Source: Candidatus Schekmanbacteria bacterium (GTDB lineage Bacteria > Schekmanbacteria > GWA2-38-11 > J061). From it: a stretch of DNA of 64,000 nucleotides. The notes under the pieces were generated by a model. The model was not told the DNA's origin. It saw only the letters and a program-made list of their open reading frames with translations, and ran no database searches. The DNA lies in the NCBI GenBank assembly GCA_016219965.1, contig JACRJM010000003.1, positions 130,299 to 194,298 of the forward strand. Direction: 5' to 3'. This document shows, piece by piece, positions 28,526 to 38,333 of the stretch; position 1 is the stretch's first letter, and each line of letters opens with the position of its first letter. The position numbers and the translations under genes were made by a program.

Positions 28526-30589
28526 TTAGTTTTTTACAGGTACGAAGAATCTTGGTTTTACAGGACCTTTTTCCCCTTCAGGAGTCTGCCAGACAAGCAT
28601 GAATCTGGCGCTTCCGGACTTTTTTATTGATATATCGATCAGGTGGAATCCGGCATCAGCCTGTACGCTGTAAGTGCTGATACTATTTTCACTGCTTAAA
28701 GGATGTATCTTGGATTTGTCTATTGAAAATTCAATGTTGCCTTTGGACAAGAGAGCGAATCTGTATGTCCCGCTGGCAGGGAACAACAACATGGTATCTA
28801 TGGATATTGATCTTATTTTTTCCGGTACAATCGGATTATCCCAGTAGCCTGTCATGGCAAGCCATATTTTTTCCGGATTATCGCTGTATTCTCGCTGTAT
28901 TGACATTAATACTGATTTGCGTGAAGGTACGATTCTCCTCTCTTCGTCACGGATAATGTTCTCAATTGATTTGTAAACAGAAATAAGCTGTACCCCTTCG
29001 GATGAAACTGTGTAGTCAGGAATCATGTAATCATAGCAGAACCATTCAAGGCTTTTAAAAACTCCCTGTCTGCTGTTGAGCACCAGATAATCATAAGACT
29101 TGTTGAATGAATAGGCATCAGTCGTGCTGTATCCGTTTTCTATGAACGAACTGTCAATATATCCATTTTTATTATAAAATTTGAGCTGTCTTAATTCATC
29201 AGGCAATGCGCAATAAAGGATCTTCTTCCCTTTGTAACGCTCTTTGAGAACATAAAGAAAATCCTTATTGAAGGTATCTCCCCAGTAAGTAGTTTCAAGC
29301 TTTATCTTCTGCGCGCCACTTAACCCTCCGATCAAAATGTTATAGTATGAAAGTTCGTAGGGATGTATCATCAAGAGCGAGACAAAAGGGAATATGAGGA
29401 ATAAAGAACATGCTGCTATTCTGTGCCATACTTTTTTCCCATAGCGGTCAACAATCATAGCGGCACCTATTCCGCTTAGTCCTGCAATAAAAGTAAATGC
29501 CGGAAGGAAAAGCCGCACACTATCATATTTTGGAATACCCGGAGACGATGCTGCGCCGAGCATCACTGCTGCATTGACGAGGAAAAGCAACATCATACTC
29601 ATTTTCTGATCTGTAATTTTTCCTGATCTTTTCCCTTCTTTTATTATGTTTATAATACTTGCAATTGCCGCTATAAGCATTAATGGCGGAACAGTAAAAA
29701 TGACCATGACAGGTACATAGTGCCACGGGATATCCCAGGATTTTAATTCGCCGAGATAATAGGTGAATTTAAAATTTGTTGAAAGATCTCCTATCTGGTC
29801 TTGCTCAAAACCCATGGCACGATTAAATGTATTGTGCCAGAGCCATGGCCATGAAATAATGAATACAGGGAACGTAAAAAAAGTCATTGAGAGGAAATTC
29901 ATCTTTGCCCGTCTGTCGCGGGTAAGTATATACCAGATTACTAAAGCTGCCGGTATAAGAAGTGCATGGATCTTTGTAGAAAGAGAAAGCCCAAGCAGTA
30001 TCCCTGTTGCAAGCGCCCACCGCCTGCTTTGAAGTCCGTAAACAAATGAGAAAACCGTTAGAAACCACATAGCTGAGATTGGGGTATCCAGGGCAAAGAT
30101 ATGCGCGTGCCCGAAGACATGAGGCATAAGTATTAAAGAGACGCTTGAAAGAAGGCCTGCCATTGCGCCAAAATATTTTGAAACAAGGAGAAAAAGCAGC
30201 ATGCTCTCGATGGCAAAAAAAACTGCGGAAGGGAGTCGATATGCCCTGTATTCACCAATTACGTCTTTGAGGGAATACCATGAAAGCCCCCCCATGAACC
30301 TGGCAAGAGGAGGGTGCCAGTTTACCCTGTCTCCACCTTCTACAAGTGCGCCAAAATATTTGTCAGCAACCTCCTTAGAAGCAAAACTTAAATCTCCTCT
30401 TTTAATATCGTGCACTGCAAGTTTTAGCCAGTCTGTATAAAGCTTAGCCGCATCATCATTAATGTAGACCTCATCCCAGGATATTCCTATGTCAGTCAGG
30501 GTAAAAAGCACCGGCAGAAAGGAAAAAATAAAAACCAACAGTCCCGATATTTTCCTGTTTTCCCTTAACATGGCAGCAAGACTCTTCAT
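28526..30589 (-). CDS. GT-C (PMT/ArnT-like) membrane glycosyltransferase with PA14-like C-terminal domain
   Basis: GISWDE, HPPLAR, HAHIFALDTP, STK, RLFLP, HPYELSYYN; C-terminal beta-domain (GTYRF...GFHLIDI...LVWQTP). Confidence 0.8.
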   Translation of the reverse strand: MKSLAAMLRENRKISGLLVFIFSFLPVLFTLTDIGISWDEVYINDDAAKLYTDWLKLAVHDIKRGDLSFASKEVADKYFGALVEGGDRVNWHPPLARFMGGLSWYSLKDVIGEYRAYRLPSAVFFAIESMLLFLLVSKYFGAMAGLLSSVSLILMPHVFGHAHIFALDTPISAMWFLTVFSFVYGLQSRRWALATGILLGLSLSTKIHALLIPAALVIWYILTRDRRAKMNFLSMTFFTFPVFIISWPWLWHNTFNRAMGFEQDQIGDLSTNFKFTYYLGELKSWDIPWHYVPVMVIFTVPPLMLIAAIASIINIIKEGKRSGKITDQKMSMMLLFLVNAAVMLGAASSPGIPKYDSVRLFLPAFTFIAGLSGIGAAMIVDRYGKKVWHRIAACSLFLIFPFVSLLMIHPYELSYYNILIGGLSGAQKIKLETTYWGDTFNKDFLYVLKERYKGKKILYCALPDELRQLKFYNKNGYIDSSFIENGYSTTDAYSFNKSYDYLVLNSRQGVFKSLEWFCYDYMIPDYTVSSEGVQLISVYKSIENIIRDEERRIVPSRKSVLMSIQREYSDNPEKIWLAMTGYWDNPIVPEKIRSISIDTMLLFPASGTYRFALLSKGNIEFSIDKSKIHPLSSENSISTYSVQADAGFHLIDISIKKSGSARFMLVWQTPEGEKGPVKPRFFVPVKN

Positions 30590-32055
30590 TTCAATTTTAT
30601 AATAGCGCCGTAGGGTGTAGCCTCAATCTCTTTATAGTTTTTGTCTCTTCTAATCTTCTCTGCTTCTATTGAGGCAACAAGCACTGCTCCTTTTTTTTGG
30701 AGGACACCGATGTTGCCAGATGTTACATCCTCTATATCAACATACCAGCCTCTTCTGCCTGAAAGGTAAAAAAGCGACGGTACTGGGGTGACAGCTTCTG
30801 TTCCTGCAACTATGATAAGATCATTTTGGCTGGTCGCTCCGGCTATCTGTTCAGAAGTTTTGAGCAGCCTTTTGTCAACCTTGTAAAATCCATTTTCCAT
30901 GTACATTTTCCCTTCGAGTGTATAATAGCCTGAAAAAAGAATGGCAGAGGCAAATATTAAAACAACCGCTGCTTTTGCAATCACAGATGTTCCACTGGAT
31001 TGCAAAACAGGCATCATCCCCTTTCCTGCAATTATTGAGAATGGTACAAGAAAGGGCAAAAGATAATAATCATGGGAGTAAAATCCTTTAGCAACAAGGA
31101 TTGCAACAGCAGGAAGGAGAGTGAGCCAGATATAAATCCAGTTTCTCTTTGAATCTTTTTCTTCGATTAGCAAACCTGCACAAAATGTAATCAGTCCTAC
31201 AGGAGTTATCATAAGCGTAAAAAGCCGTTTAAAAATTTTTTCATAAAATAAAACACTTCTCCAGTCATAACCTGATGTGAATTTAAGAAACCCGCCGGAG
31301 AGTATTCCGAAGGTGAGGCCTGTTTTCTGATAAATAAAATATGCATACACATACCAGAAAATCGGAGGAAGCAATGCTATAGAACTGAAGACCGAGATAT
31401 CTTTCCCAAATTTTTTTAAATTGGACGAGTTCCGGTATATGATGAATGCAAAGACAACCATCAGATAAAGTACAAGGACCTTGACAAGCAGGGCAAGGGC
31501 AAAGAATAGCGCCGAGAGATGAATATAATATTTTCTCCCTCCTTCCTTCCACAGCAGCAGCATATAAAGTGACAACACAATAAAAAAGATGAGAAGCATT
31601 TCAGGCATGAAAGTCCTCGAATAATAGATAGAGAGAGGAGAGAATGTGAAAAAGAAAAGGGAAGCACAGGCACAATCTTCCCCATATAGTATCCGGACTA
31701 TCAGGTAGAATACAACCGCAGACAAAGAAAACAGAAAGACAGAGAATAATCTTCCTAAAATGTCATATTCCCCTGCTATCCTGTACAATAAAGAAACTGA
31801 ATACTGAAAAAGCGGGAATTCGGATTCAACAAGACCGGAAGAATCTCCTCCCCAGTCTATCTGGGGTGAAAGGATAGAAGTTCCGTTAAGATAAAAATTC
31901 CTTGCCATTGACGCGGTGTCGCACTGTCTCCAGTTCTGATGGTCGGCAAGAGGAGAATCTATTTTATAGAGTCTTACAGCTATGCCGGAGCCAATTATTA
32001 TGGCAGCTAATAAAAAATATATCCGGACTTTTTTCAGATTAGTTTTACTTTTCAT
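30586..32055 (-). CDS. GT-C (PMT-like) membrane glycosyltransferase
   Basis: WRQCDTASMARNF, EFPLF, YYSRTFMPE, HDYYLLP; multiple TM segments. Confidence 0.8.
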   Translation of the reverse strand: MKSKTNLKKVRIYFLLAAIIIGSGIAVRLYKIDSPLADHQNWRQCDTASMARNFYLNGTSILSPQIDWGGDSSGLVESEFPLFQYSVSLLYRIAGEYDILGRLFSVFLFSLSAVVFYLIVRILYGEDCACASLFFFTFSPLSIYYSRTFMPEMLLIFFIVLSLYMLLLWKEGGRKYYIHLSALFFALALLVKVLVLYLMVVFAFIIYRNSSNLKKFGKDISVFSSIALLPPIFWYVYAYFIYQKTGLTFGILSGGFLKFTSGYDWRSVLFYEKIFKRLFTLMITPVGLITFCAGLLIEEKDSKRNWIYIWLTLLPAVAILVAKGFYSHDYYLLPFLVPFSIIAGKGMMPVLQSSGTSVIAKAAVVLIFASAILFSGYYTLEGKMYMENGFYKVDKRLLKTSEQIAGATSQNDLIIVAGTEAVTPVPSLFYLSGRRGWYVDIEDVTSGNIGVLQKKGAVLVASIEAEKIRRDKNYKEIEATPYGAIIKLK

Positions 32056-32126
32056 AAAAAGTTAAAAAAGATATAGTCAATCTACTTATACTACAAATCA
32101 TTGAAGTGATATTACATAAAATTTAA

Positions 32127-33272
32127 ATGAAGATTGCCTATATAACCCACGAGACTTTCTTTCCTCCAAAAGGAGGCGGTGCCGTACGGGTACTGAATAT
32201 AGCAAAGGCTTTTGCAAAAAAAGGGCATGAGGTAAAATTATTTGCGCCCTATGGGGATTTATATAGCGGAGAAAAGGAAATAATCCCGGATGTAGCTTTC
32301 ATCCCTGTCTCTAAGATTGAAAGGTTTAAAACAAAAAACAAGGAAACTGCTTATATAAAATTTCTGTTCAGTTTGACTTCTCTTCTTATTAAAGAGAAGT
32401 TTGACCTTCTCTTTTCTCATATTGCAGTAGCAGGAACCTCCGGAGCCCTTGTTAAGACCATAAAGAGGAAACCCGCAGTAATAGACCTTGACGATATAAT
32501 ATCAGGACTTTCCGGAATATCTTTTGTCCAGAGATATGGACCTCCTTTTGAATTTTTTATTCCGGTTTTTTATGACAGAGTCATATGCATGTCTGAGTCT
32601 CTCGCCAAAAGGGTCTCCATGGTAAAAAAAGACCATGTCTTTGTAGTCCCTCATGGCGCAGACTTTGGGCTATTTTATCCGGGGGGAGAAAGCAGGAAAG
32701 AAAGACACTTTGTTTTTTCAGGCGGCATAGAAAAACATGACGGAGTTGATTTGATTCTCATGGCAGCAAAGGAGCTGATTGATAAATATCCTGATATGAA
32801 GATCACTATTTTAGGCGATGGGAGCGAACTTTCACGAAATATGGAATTAAGCAGGGAGCTTGGACTGTCCAGCATTGTAGAGTTTAAAGGCTGGATAGAG
32901 CATGAGCGAGTCCCTGAATATCTGAGGCACGCGTGTGCCGGGATTGTTTCTGACAGAAGGCGGGCGGCGACTGAAGTAGCCCTTGTAGTAAGAGGCGTCG
33001 AATATATGGCATCAGGTATCCCTGTAATAGCTCCTGACCACGGCGGAACACGCGAGCTGCTGGGTGATGACGGTGAAAGAGGCATTATATTCAGGAGCGG
33101 TGATTATCCGGACCTTGCTTCCAAAATGGCATGGGTTATGGATAATCCTGACGAAGCTTATAATATTGGAATAAAAGGACGCAAGTATGCAGAAGTCAAT
33201 TATTGCTGGGAAAATAATGCGGAGCGCATAGTTAAGATATGCGAAGCAGTATATAGAGAGAAAAGCTCTTAG
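32127..33272 (+). CDS. GT4 family glycosyltransferase
   Basis: GGAVRV, GHEV, VPHGAD, EYMASGIPVIA; GT-B fold pattern. Confidence 0.9.
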   Translation: MKIAYITHETFFPPKGGGAVRVLNIAKAFAKKGHEVKLFAPYGDLYSGEKEIIPDVAFIPVSKIERFKTKNKETAYIKFLFSLTSLLIKEKFDLLFSHIAVAGTSGALVKTIKRKPAVIDLDDIISGLSGISFVQRYGPPFEFFIPVFYDRVICMSESLAKRVSMVKKDHVFVVPHGADFGLFYPGGESRKERHFVFSGGIEKHDGVDLILMAAKELIDKYPDMKITILGDGSELSRNMELSRELGLSSIVEFKGWIEHERVPEYLRHACAGIVSDRRRAATEVALVVRGVEYMASGIPVIAPDHGGTRELLGDDGERGIIFRSGDYPDLASKMAWVMDNPDEAYNIGIKGRKYAEVNYCWENNAERIVKICEAVYREKSS

Positions 33273-33275
33273 AAA

Positions 33276-34226
33276 ATGTATATCCTTATCACCATTGATT
33301 GTGAAAATACTTACCGGCAATTCCCATTCAATGACTTCACATTAGTAAATATGGATGGGAAATCATATGGCATCCCCATGATAATGGAAGCTCTTGACAA
33401 AAGGGGAATAAAGGGGAATTTTTTTCTCGATACCTGCGCGGCAGAATATTACGGAAATGATACTGTTGCCTCTGTAGCTTCTCTTATTTCTGAACAAGGA
33501 CATGAAGTTGAACTTCATACACACCCTCTTGACGGGGATTTCTGCCGGATAGGCCGGGAAAAGCAAAAAGAGATAATCGAGAGAGGAATTGCCCTTATAA
33601 AATCTGTTGCCCGAAAACCGCCATACGCATTCAGAGCAGGAAGCTATATGATGGATGAATCAGGGCTGGCAATATTGAAAGAATATGGAATAACGGCAGA
33701 CTGCAGCAACTATTATGGCGTTTCACCCTTGTCAGTTACCAGGAATGCAGTAAAAAAAATAAACGGGATTTATGAGTTCCCTGTTTCCTTCTTCAGACTA
33801 CATATTTCCCCGGCAATAAGCACTTTCAATAGAATTGCAGGCACACATTTGTTGTATAACGGGAACTGCAAACTCGACATAAACTGGATGAACATTTCAG
33901 GGCTTAAAAGAGTTATAGATACTTTTGCACTTAATGGAACAGCTGTCCTTGTAATATTCCTGCACAGTTACAGCTTTGCAGATGAAAAAAAACTGGCTCA
34001 GGGGAAACGCGGCAAAGATGTAATCAAAGGCGAAGTAATAAAAAGGTTTAACGGTCTTCTGGATTATTTTAGTTCAGAAAATGAATTCGAAGTTGTTACG
34101 ATAAAATGGCTTCTTGAAAAAATGAATGAGGATAACAACTTTAGCGAAAAAATCCTCTCTGCCCCTGATTATGTTCCCCATGATATCTGGGGAATTGATG
34201 TCAGTCATCTAAGGTTAAAAAGATAG
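33276..34226 (+). CDS. Polysaccharide deacetylase family protein
   Basis: ITIDCE, GHEVELHTHP, AFRAGSY, EFPVS, FLHSYS. Confidence 0.8.
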   Translation: MYILITIDCENTYRQFPFNDFTLVNMDGKSYGIPMIMEALDKRGIKGNFFLDTCAAEYYGNDTVASVASLISEQGHEVELHTHPLDGDFCRIGREKQKEIIERGIALIKSVARKPPYAFRAGSYMMDESGLAILKEYGITADCSNYYGVSPLSVTRNAVKKINGIYEFPVSFFRLHISPAISTFNRIAGTHLLYNGNCKLDINWMNISGLKRVIDTFALNGTAVLVIFLHSYSFADEKKLAQGKRGKDVIKGEVIKRFNGLLDYFSSENEFEVVTIKWLLEKMNEDNNFSEKILSAPDYVPHDIWGIDVSHLRLKR

Positions 34227-34240
34227 CATTGAGCGGGAAA

Positions 34241-35155
34241 TTATTTCTCTTTCTTCTCTGAAAAGTACTCAACCACCATTTCTCCCAAAAATCCAAGCGA
34301 GATTACCTGCACCCCAAGTATCATCAAGGCAACACCTAAAATGAGCATCGGAATATGTTCCTTGATGTCGTAAACGCTGAGCATGTAATCAGATATTACC
34401 TGGAGCATATTGATAAGAAACCCAAATGAGAAAATAGTTCCTCCGGTGGCACCGAAAAAATACATTGGCTTCTTCATGAATGACAGGCGGAATTTCACGA
34501 CGACCAGATCTATTATGCCTTCAAAAAGCCTCCTTGCACCAAACTTAGATTTGCCTGAGTTTCTCTCATACCAGTTTGTTTCAACTTCTTTGACTTTGAA
34601 ACCTTCGTGGTAAGCAATTGGAATAATATAACGGTGCCAGTTTGCCCGGAGAGGCAGTTCATTTATTACCTCTTTCCGGAAAGCTTTTATCCAGTTCTGG
34701 TCCTTTGCTTTTACTCCGAAAAGAAGGTAACAGACAAAATTATAAAGCCTTGATGCCAGTACCTTGAATTCTTTTCTCCCTACCCGGCAGCCAACTGCTA
34801 AATCATAACCTTCATTTATAACACTTAACAGTTTCGGAATGTCTTCCACCGGGTCAGACTGCATGTCGGACGGTAAAAATATAATAATGTCTCCGTCTGC
34901 ATGACTGAATCCTGTAACAAGGGCACTTGTAAGTCCTGTTCTTTTTCTGTGGTGAAATACTCTAATATTTTCATTTTTTCTCTTTAGCGATTCTGCTATC
35001 TCTCCGGTCTTATCACTGCTCCCGTCATTGATTATTATTATATTCCCCTTGAGGGATTCCTGGTGGAATGACTCATTAATCCTGCCTACAACCTTTTCAA
35101 GATTTCCTTCTTCATTGCATGCCGGAAGTACAACGCTTATTAGTGTGTCCATCAC
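34241..35155 (-). CDS. ArnC/DPM-synthase-like GT2 (polyprenol-phosphate glycosyltransferase)
   Basis: SVVLPACNEE, NDGSSD, DMQSDP, HRYIIP, R.SGKSKFG; two C-terminal TM helices. Confidence 0.88.
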   Translation of the reverse strand: MMDTLISVVLPACNEEGNLEKVVGRINESFHQESLKGNIIIINDGSSDKTGEIAESLKRKNENIRVFHHRKRTGLTSALVTGFSHADGDIIIFLPSDMQSDPVEDIPKLLSVINEGYDLAVGCRVGRKEFKVLASRLYNFVCYLLFGVKAKDQNWIKAFRKEVINELPLRANWHRYIIPIAYHEGFKVKEVETNWYERNSGKSKFGARRLFEGIIDLVVVKFRLSFMKKPMYFFGATGGTIFSFGFLINMLQVISDYMLSVYDIKEHIPMLILGVALMILGVQVISLGFLGEMVVEYFSEKKEK

Positions 35156-37029
35156 CTGTATTCCACTTCTATCAGATGTTTCCCTTGTTCAAGTATTATA
35201 AGCCCTTTTTCCCTGTAAGAATCAGAACTTAGAGAATTGCCATCAACTTTTATCTCTACTATATCACTGCTCTGCTGTAATTTCAAAGTTTGCCCCTGAG
35301 CTAATGCTTCTGCATCAATTTTAAGGCTCTTGCCTGTCCTGTATGAGAATACCCTGCTTTTTTTCCGTATATTGAAATAATCGACGAGATTGTTTATCCC
35401 TGTTTTCCATATCCTGTCATCCCCTGATATAAAAGCAGTTATTCTTTCCAGTTTTTCCTTTGATTTTGCATTTGTAACACAGTAGTGAGGATGGAAGAGA
35501 AGGACTACCGGAGAATTGAATTTTTCCGCTGAATCCCTGATTATAGATTCAATCTGCTCAACTGAAAGCTTCCCGTGCGGTTCATGAACCTGAAACGGCA
35601 GTTCGTAAATCTGTGCGGGTGTCCCGTTATCATTTTCCGGGTTATATGGGAACCCTGTGCCAAATATATATCCACCCATATTTCTGCCGGGGCCGAATGA
35701 AGAGTCTATCTTGATCCCTGCCTGTTGAAGAATCAGAAATATCTTTGCTGGATCACTTTCTGCAACAAGGTAGTGTATGCGCGAAACAGAGGCTGGTTCT
35801 GATCCGCTTATTTCACTGAGCTTCTTTATTTGTGATGATAAAGACTTCTCTTTCTCCATGTGCATCCCTGTAACAGTTGCATGTAAATGAAAGCGGTTCC
35901 AATGAATACCTGTTCCAAGTCTGCGGTTTCTTAAAAGTTCAAATGTTGAATGTCTGGCAGGAGTGGAAGACATCATAAAGAACATAGGATTCAGTTTTGA
36001 TACATCTCCCATTGAAAGAACGTCTGCTGCCTCGTCACCGCAGTAATCCTCATCAAATGTAAGAATAGCTGCGGAAGATTTTCCATCAGGGTAATACCAC
36101 CATGTAGGCACTTTTTCACATTCTGCCGCAGTCAAAATTATGGAGCGTTCGAAAATATCGAGGAACGGCATTGCCTCATATCTTTTATTATTGAGACAAC
36201 TGGAATCACTAGTCTGCCTGTGGCTTAGACTGATAAGGGAAATCGCTTTCGATATAATTTGTTTTTTACTCTTTTCCCCGCCCTGAGAAAGCAGAAAGCG
36301 CCAATCTGAGATTTTGAAAAATATGCTTACCACTATTCCTTTCCCGGACCGGCATCTCAGGATTATGGGAAGGCCATCAACCTCTGATATTATTTCTTCA
36401 TTTTCAACCTGCGATGTAATCTGTCTGCATAAGAGCTTGGGCAGTCCAGTAGGAAAGAGGCTCTTGTCGCTGCCGCGGCTGGAGAACCTAATCCCGTTCA
36501 GATTTATGTTAATTAAAGGACCTGTTGAAACCCCTGTTAAAAGCTCGATCCTGTTATCAGGACATTCGAGAAGAACAGTTCTCCCTGTTTCCCTCACCAA
36601 ACCCAGGAGTTTATTGATTCTTTTTGAAGAAGAGGATATTTCTTCAACTGCTTCAGCAGTAAATATTATGACCCGGCCATTCTGAGGGATAAAGTTTTCA
36701 TCAGAAGTAAGCCTGTACATACCAAAAAACCCGCATTCTTTTGAAAGTATGTTGAGCCACTCCATTTCATGGCTATCTTTCCTGCTCCCTGTAAACGAAG
36801 AAATAACCAATATGAAATCTGCCTCTGTGTTTTGAACTTCCTCGATATTTGAGGCTGTCATCTGAGCCGGATTCTCTTTGATCAAAAGGGGAAGAAGAAT
36901 AAAAGCAATAATAGCAACAATTACAGCAAATGCGACCGGCACAATTATCGGTAAAACTTTAAGGAATGGAGAAATGACTGCAATAAACAAAAAAAGGTAA
37001 AAAAAGATTTTAAGTATATTTCTTCCCAT
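35152..37029 (-). CDS. Membrane-anchored protein with a NodB-like (polysaccharide deacetylase) domain
   Basis: Two N-terminal TM helices; LTFDED, GIHW, RIHYL, DSSFG, LLFHP. Confidence 0.6.
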   Translation of the reverse strand: MGRNILKIFFYLFLFIAVISPFLKVLPIIVPVAFAVIVAIIAFILLPLLIKENPAQMTASNIEEVQNTEADFILVISSFTGSRKDSHEMEWLNILSKECGFFGMYRLTSDENFIPQNGRVIIFTAEAVEEISSSSKRINKLLGLVRETGRTVLLECPDNRIELLTGVSTGPLININLNGIRFSSRGSDKSLFPTGLPKLLCRQITSQVENEEIISEVDGLPIILRCRSGKGIVVSIFFKISDWRFLLSQGGEKSKKQIISKAISLISLSHRQTSDSSCLNNKRYEAMPFLDIFERSIILTAAECEKVPTWWYYPDGKSSAAILTFDEDYCGDEAADVLSMGDVSKLNPMFFMMSSTPARHSTFELLRNRRLGTGIHWNRFHLHATVTGMHMEKEKSLSSQIKKLSEISGSEPASVSRIHYLVAESDPAKIFLILQQAGIKIDSSFGPGRNMGGYIFGTGFPYNPENDNGTPAQIYELPFQVHEPHGKLSVEQIESIIRDSAEKFNSPVVLLFHPHYCVTNAKSKEKLERITAFISGDDRIWKTGINNLVDYFNIRKKSRVFSYRTGKSLKIDAEALAQGQTLKLQQSSDIVEIKVDGNSLSSDSYREKGLIILEQGKHLIEVEYR

Positions 37030-37150
37030 TTTGCCCAGTCAATCTTGATATAAGAAATTGAATTTAGTATTTAGAAGTATAATGTATTAAAATAAGTTTT
37101 GTTAAATAAAAATAAAGGAATTTATATGAATTGTTATCAAGAGACCTTAT

Positions 37151-37315
37151 ATGGATGATGTTGTACAACAAAGGACAAAATGTCCTGACTGTGATTATTG
37201 CCTTAATTGCCCTGTCAGCAGGTGCAATTTGTGCAGAGCGCAGAAGAAGAAAAGCGAGATGAAAAAATGCTGCAAGAAAGAACAACCCGAAACACCTGAG
37301 GTTAGCGAGCCTTAA
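37151..37315 (+). CDS. Unannotated 54-aa cysteine-rich small protein
   Basis: MDDVVQQRTKCPDCDYCLNCPVSRCNLCRAQKKKSEMKKCCKKEQPETPEVSEP*; stop lies 2 nt before the AmrS ATG; below the ORF-track length cut-off. Confidence 0.7.
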   Translation: MDDVVQQRTKCPDCDYCLNCPVSRCNLCRAQKKKSEMKKCCKKEQPETPEVSEP

Positions 37316-37317
37316 AT

Positions 37318-38331
37318 ATGAAAGAGGCATACCTTTATGAAAAACTTGATGATCTGATTGTCGGCTGTTTTCTGTGCGAACACCGCTGTAAGATAAACGA
37401 AGGGAAGAAAGGAATATGCGGAGTCCGTGAAAACAGAGGTGGGATTCTCTATTCCATTGTATATGGCATTGCATCTGCGCTTAACATAGACCCTATAGAA
37501 AAAAAACCTCTCTATCATTTCTATCCCGGATCACAGGCACTCTCTATCGCAACAATCGGCTGTAACTTTGTGTGCCGGTTCTGTCAGAACCATGATATCT
37601 CTCAGGCATCAAGGGGTGAATTTAAAAGTAAATCTGACAAAAAAATTCTTCCTGAAGATATAGTACGGATTGCAGCTGATGCCGGATGTAAAAGCATATC
37701 CTATACATACACTGAACCTACAATTTTTTTCGAATATGCCTATGATACGTCGGTGCTTGCCGTAAAGAGGGGGATAAAGAATAATTTTGTGACTAACGGT
37801 TTTATGACTCCTGAGATGCTGAACATGATTAAACCATATCTTCATGCTGCAAATGTGGATATCAAGTGCTTCAATGACAGGACTTACAGAAAACTCATGG
37901 GAGGGAGGCTGGAGCCGGTTTTAGATTCCATAAAACTGATGAAGGAGATGGGAATTTGGGTTGAGGTGACGACTCTCATAATCCCCGGAGTAAACGACTC
38001 TGATGAAGAGCTTGAGCAAATCGCTGATTTCATAGTTTCAGTGGGAAATGAAATCCCCTGGCACGTGAGCCGCTTCCACCCTGACTATAATTTTAATGAT
38101 TCACCTGCAACTCCTGAAGAACGAATCATCTCAGCCAGAGAGATCGGTATTACAGCCGGACTAAAGTATGTCTATACTGGAAACATATTCCATAATGAAG
38201 GTAACACCACGTACTGCCATGCCTGCGGAGAAACCCTTATCGAACGGGTCGGTTTGTCAGTAACCCGGTACAATGTAGTCAACGGAAAATGTCCCAAATG
38301 TAATGCTCCTCTTTCAGGAATAGGAGTATAA
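37318..38331 (+). CDS. amrS: AmmeMemoRadiSam system radical SAM enzyme (PFL-activase-like)
   Basis: CFLCEHRC, GICGVR, DPIEKKPLYHFYPG, GCNFVCRFCQN, YTYTEP, SRFHP, C-terminal CxxC...CxxC. Confidence 0.9.
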   Translation: MKEAYLYEKLDDLIVGCFLCEHRCKINEGKKGICGVRENRGGILYSIVYGIASALNIDPIEKKPLYHFYPGSQALSIATIGCNFVCRFCQNHDISQASRGEFKSKSDKKILPEDIVRIAADAGCKSISYTYTEPTIFFEYAYDTSVLAVKRGIKNNFVTNGFMTPEMLNMIKPYLHAANVDIKCFNDRTYRKLMGGRLEPVLDSIKLMKEMGIWVEVTTLIIPGVNDSDEELEQIADFIVSVGNEIPWHVSRFHPDYNFNDSPATPEERIISAREIGITAGLKYVYTGNIFHNEGNTTYCHACGETLIERVGLSVTRYNVVNGKCPKCNAPLSGIGV

Positions 38332-38333
38332 TT

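Noticed and set aside
37064-37518. Minus-strand ORFs of 136 and 68 aa
   Set aside because: They are antisense shadows of amrS and the Cys-rich small ORF.
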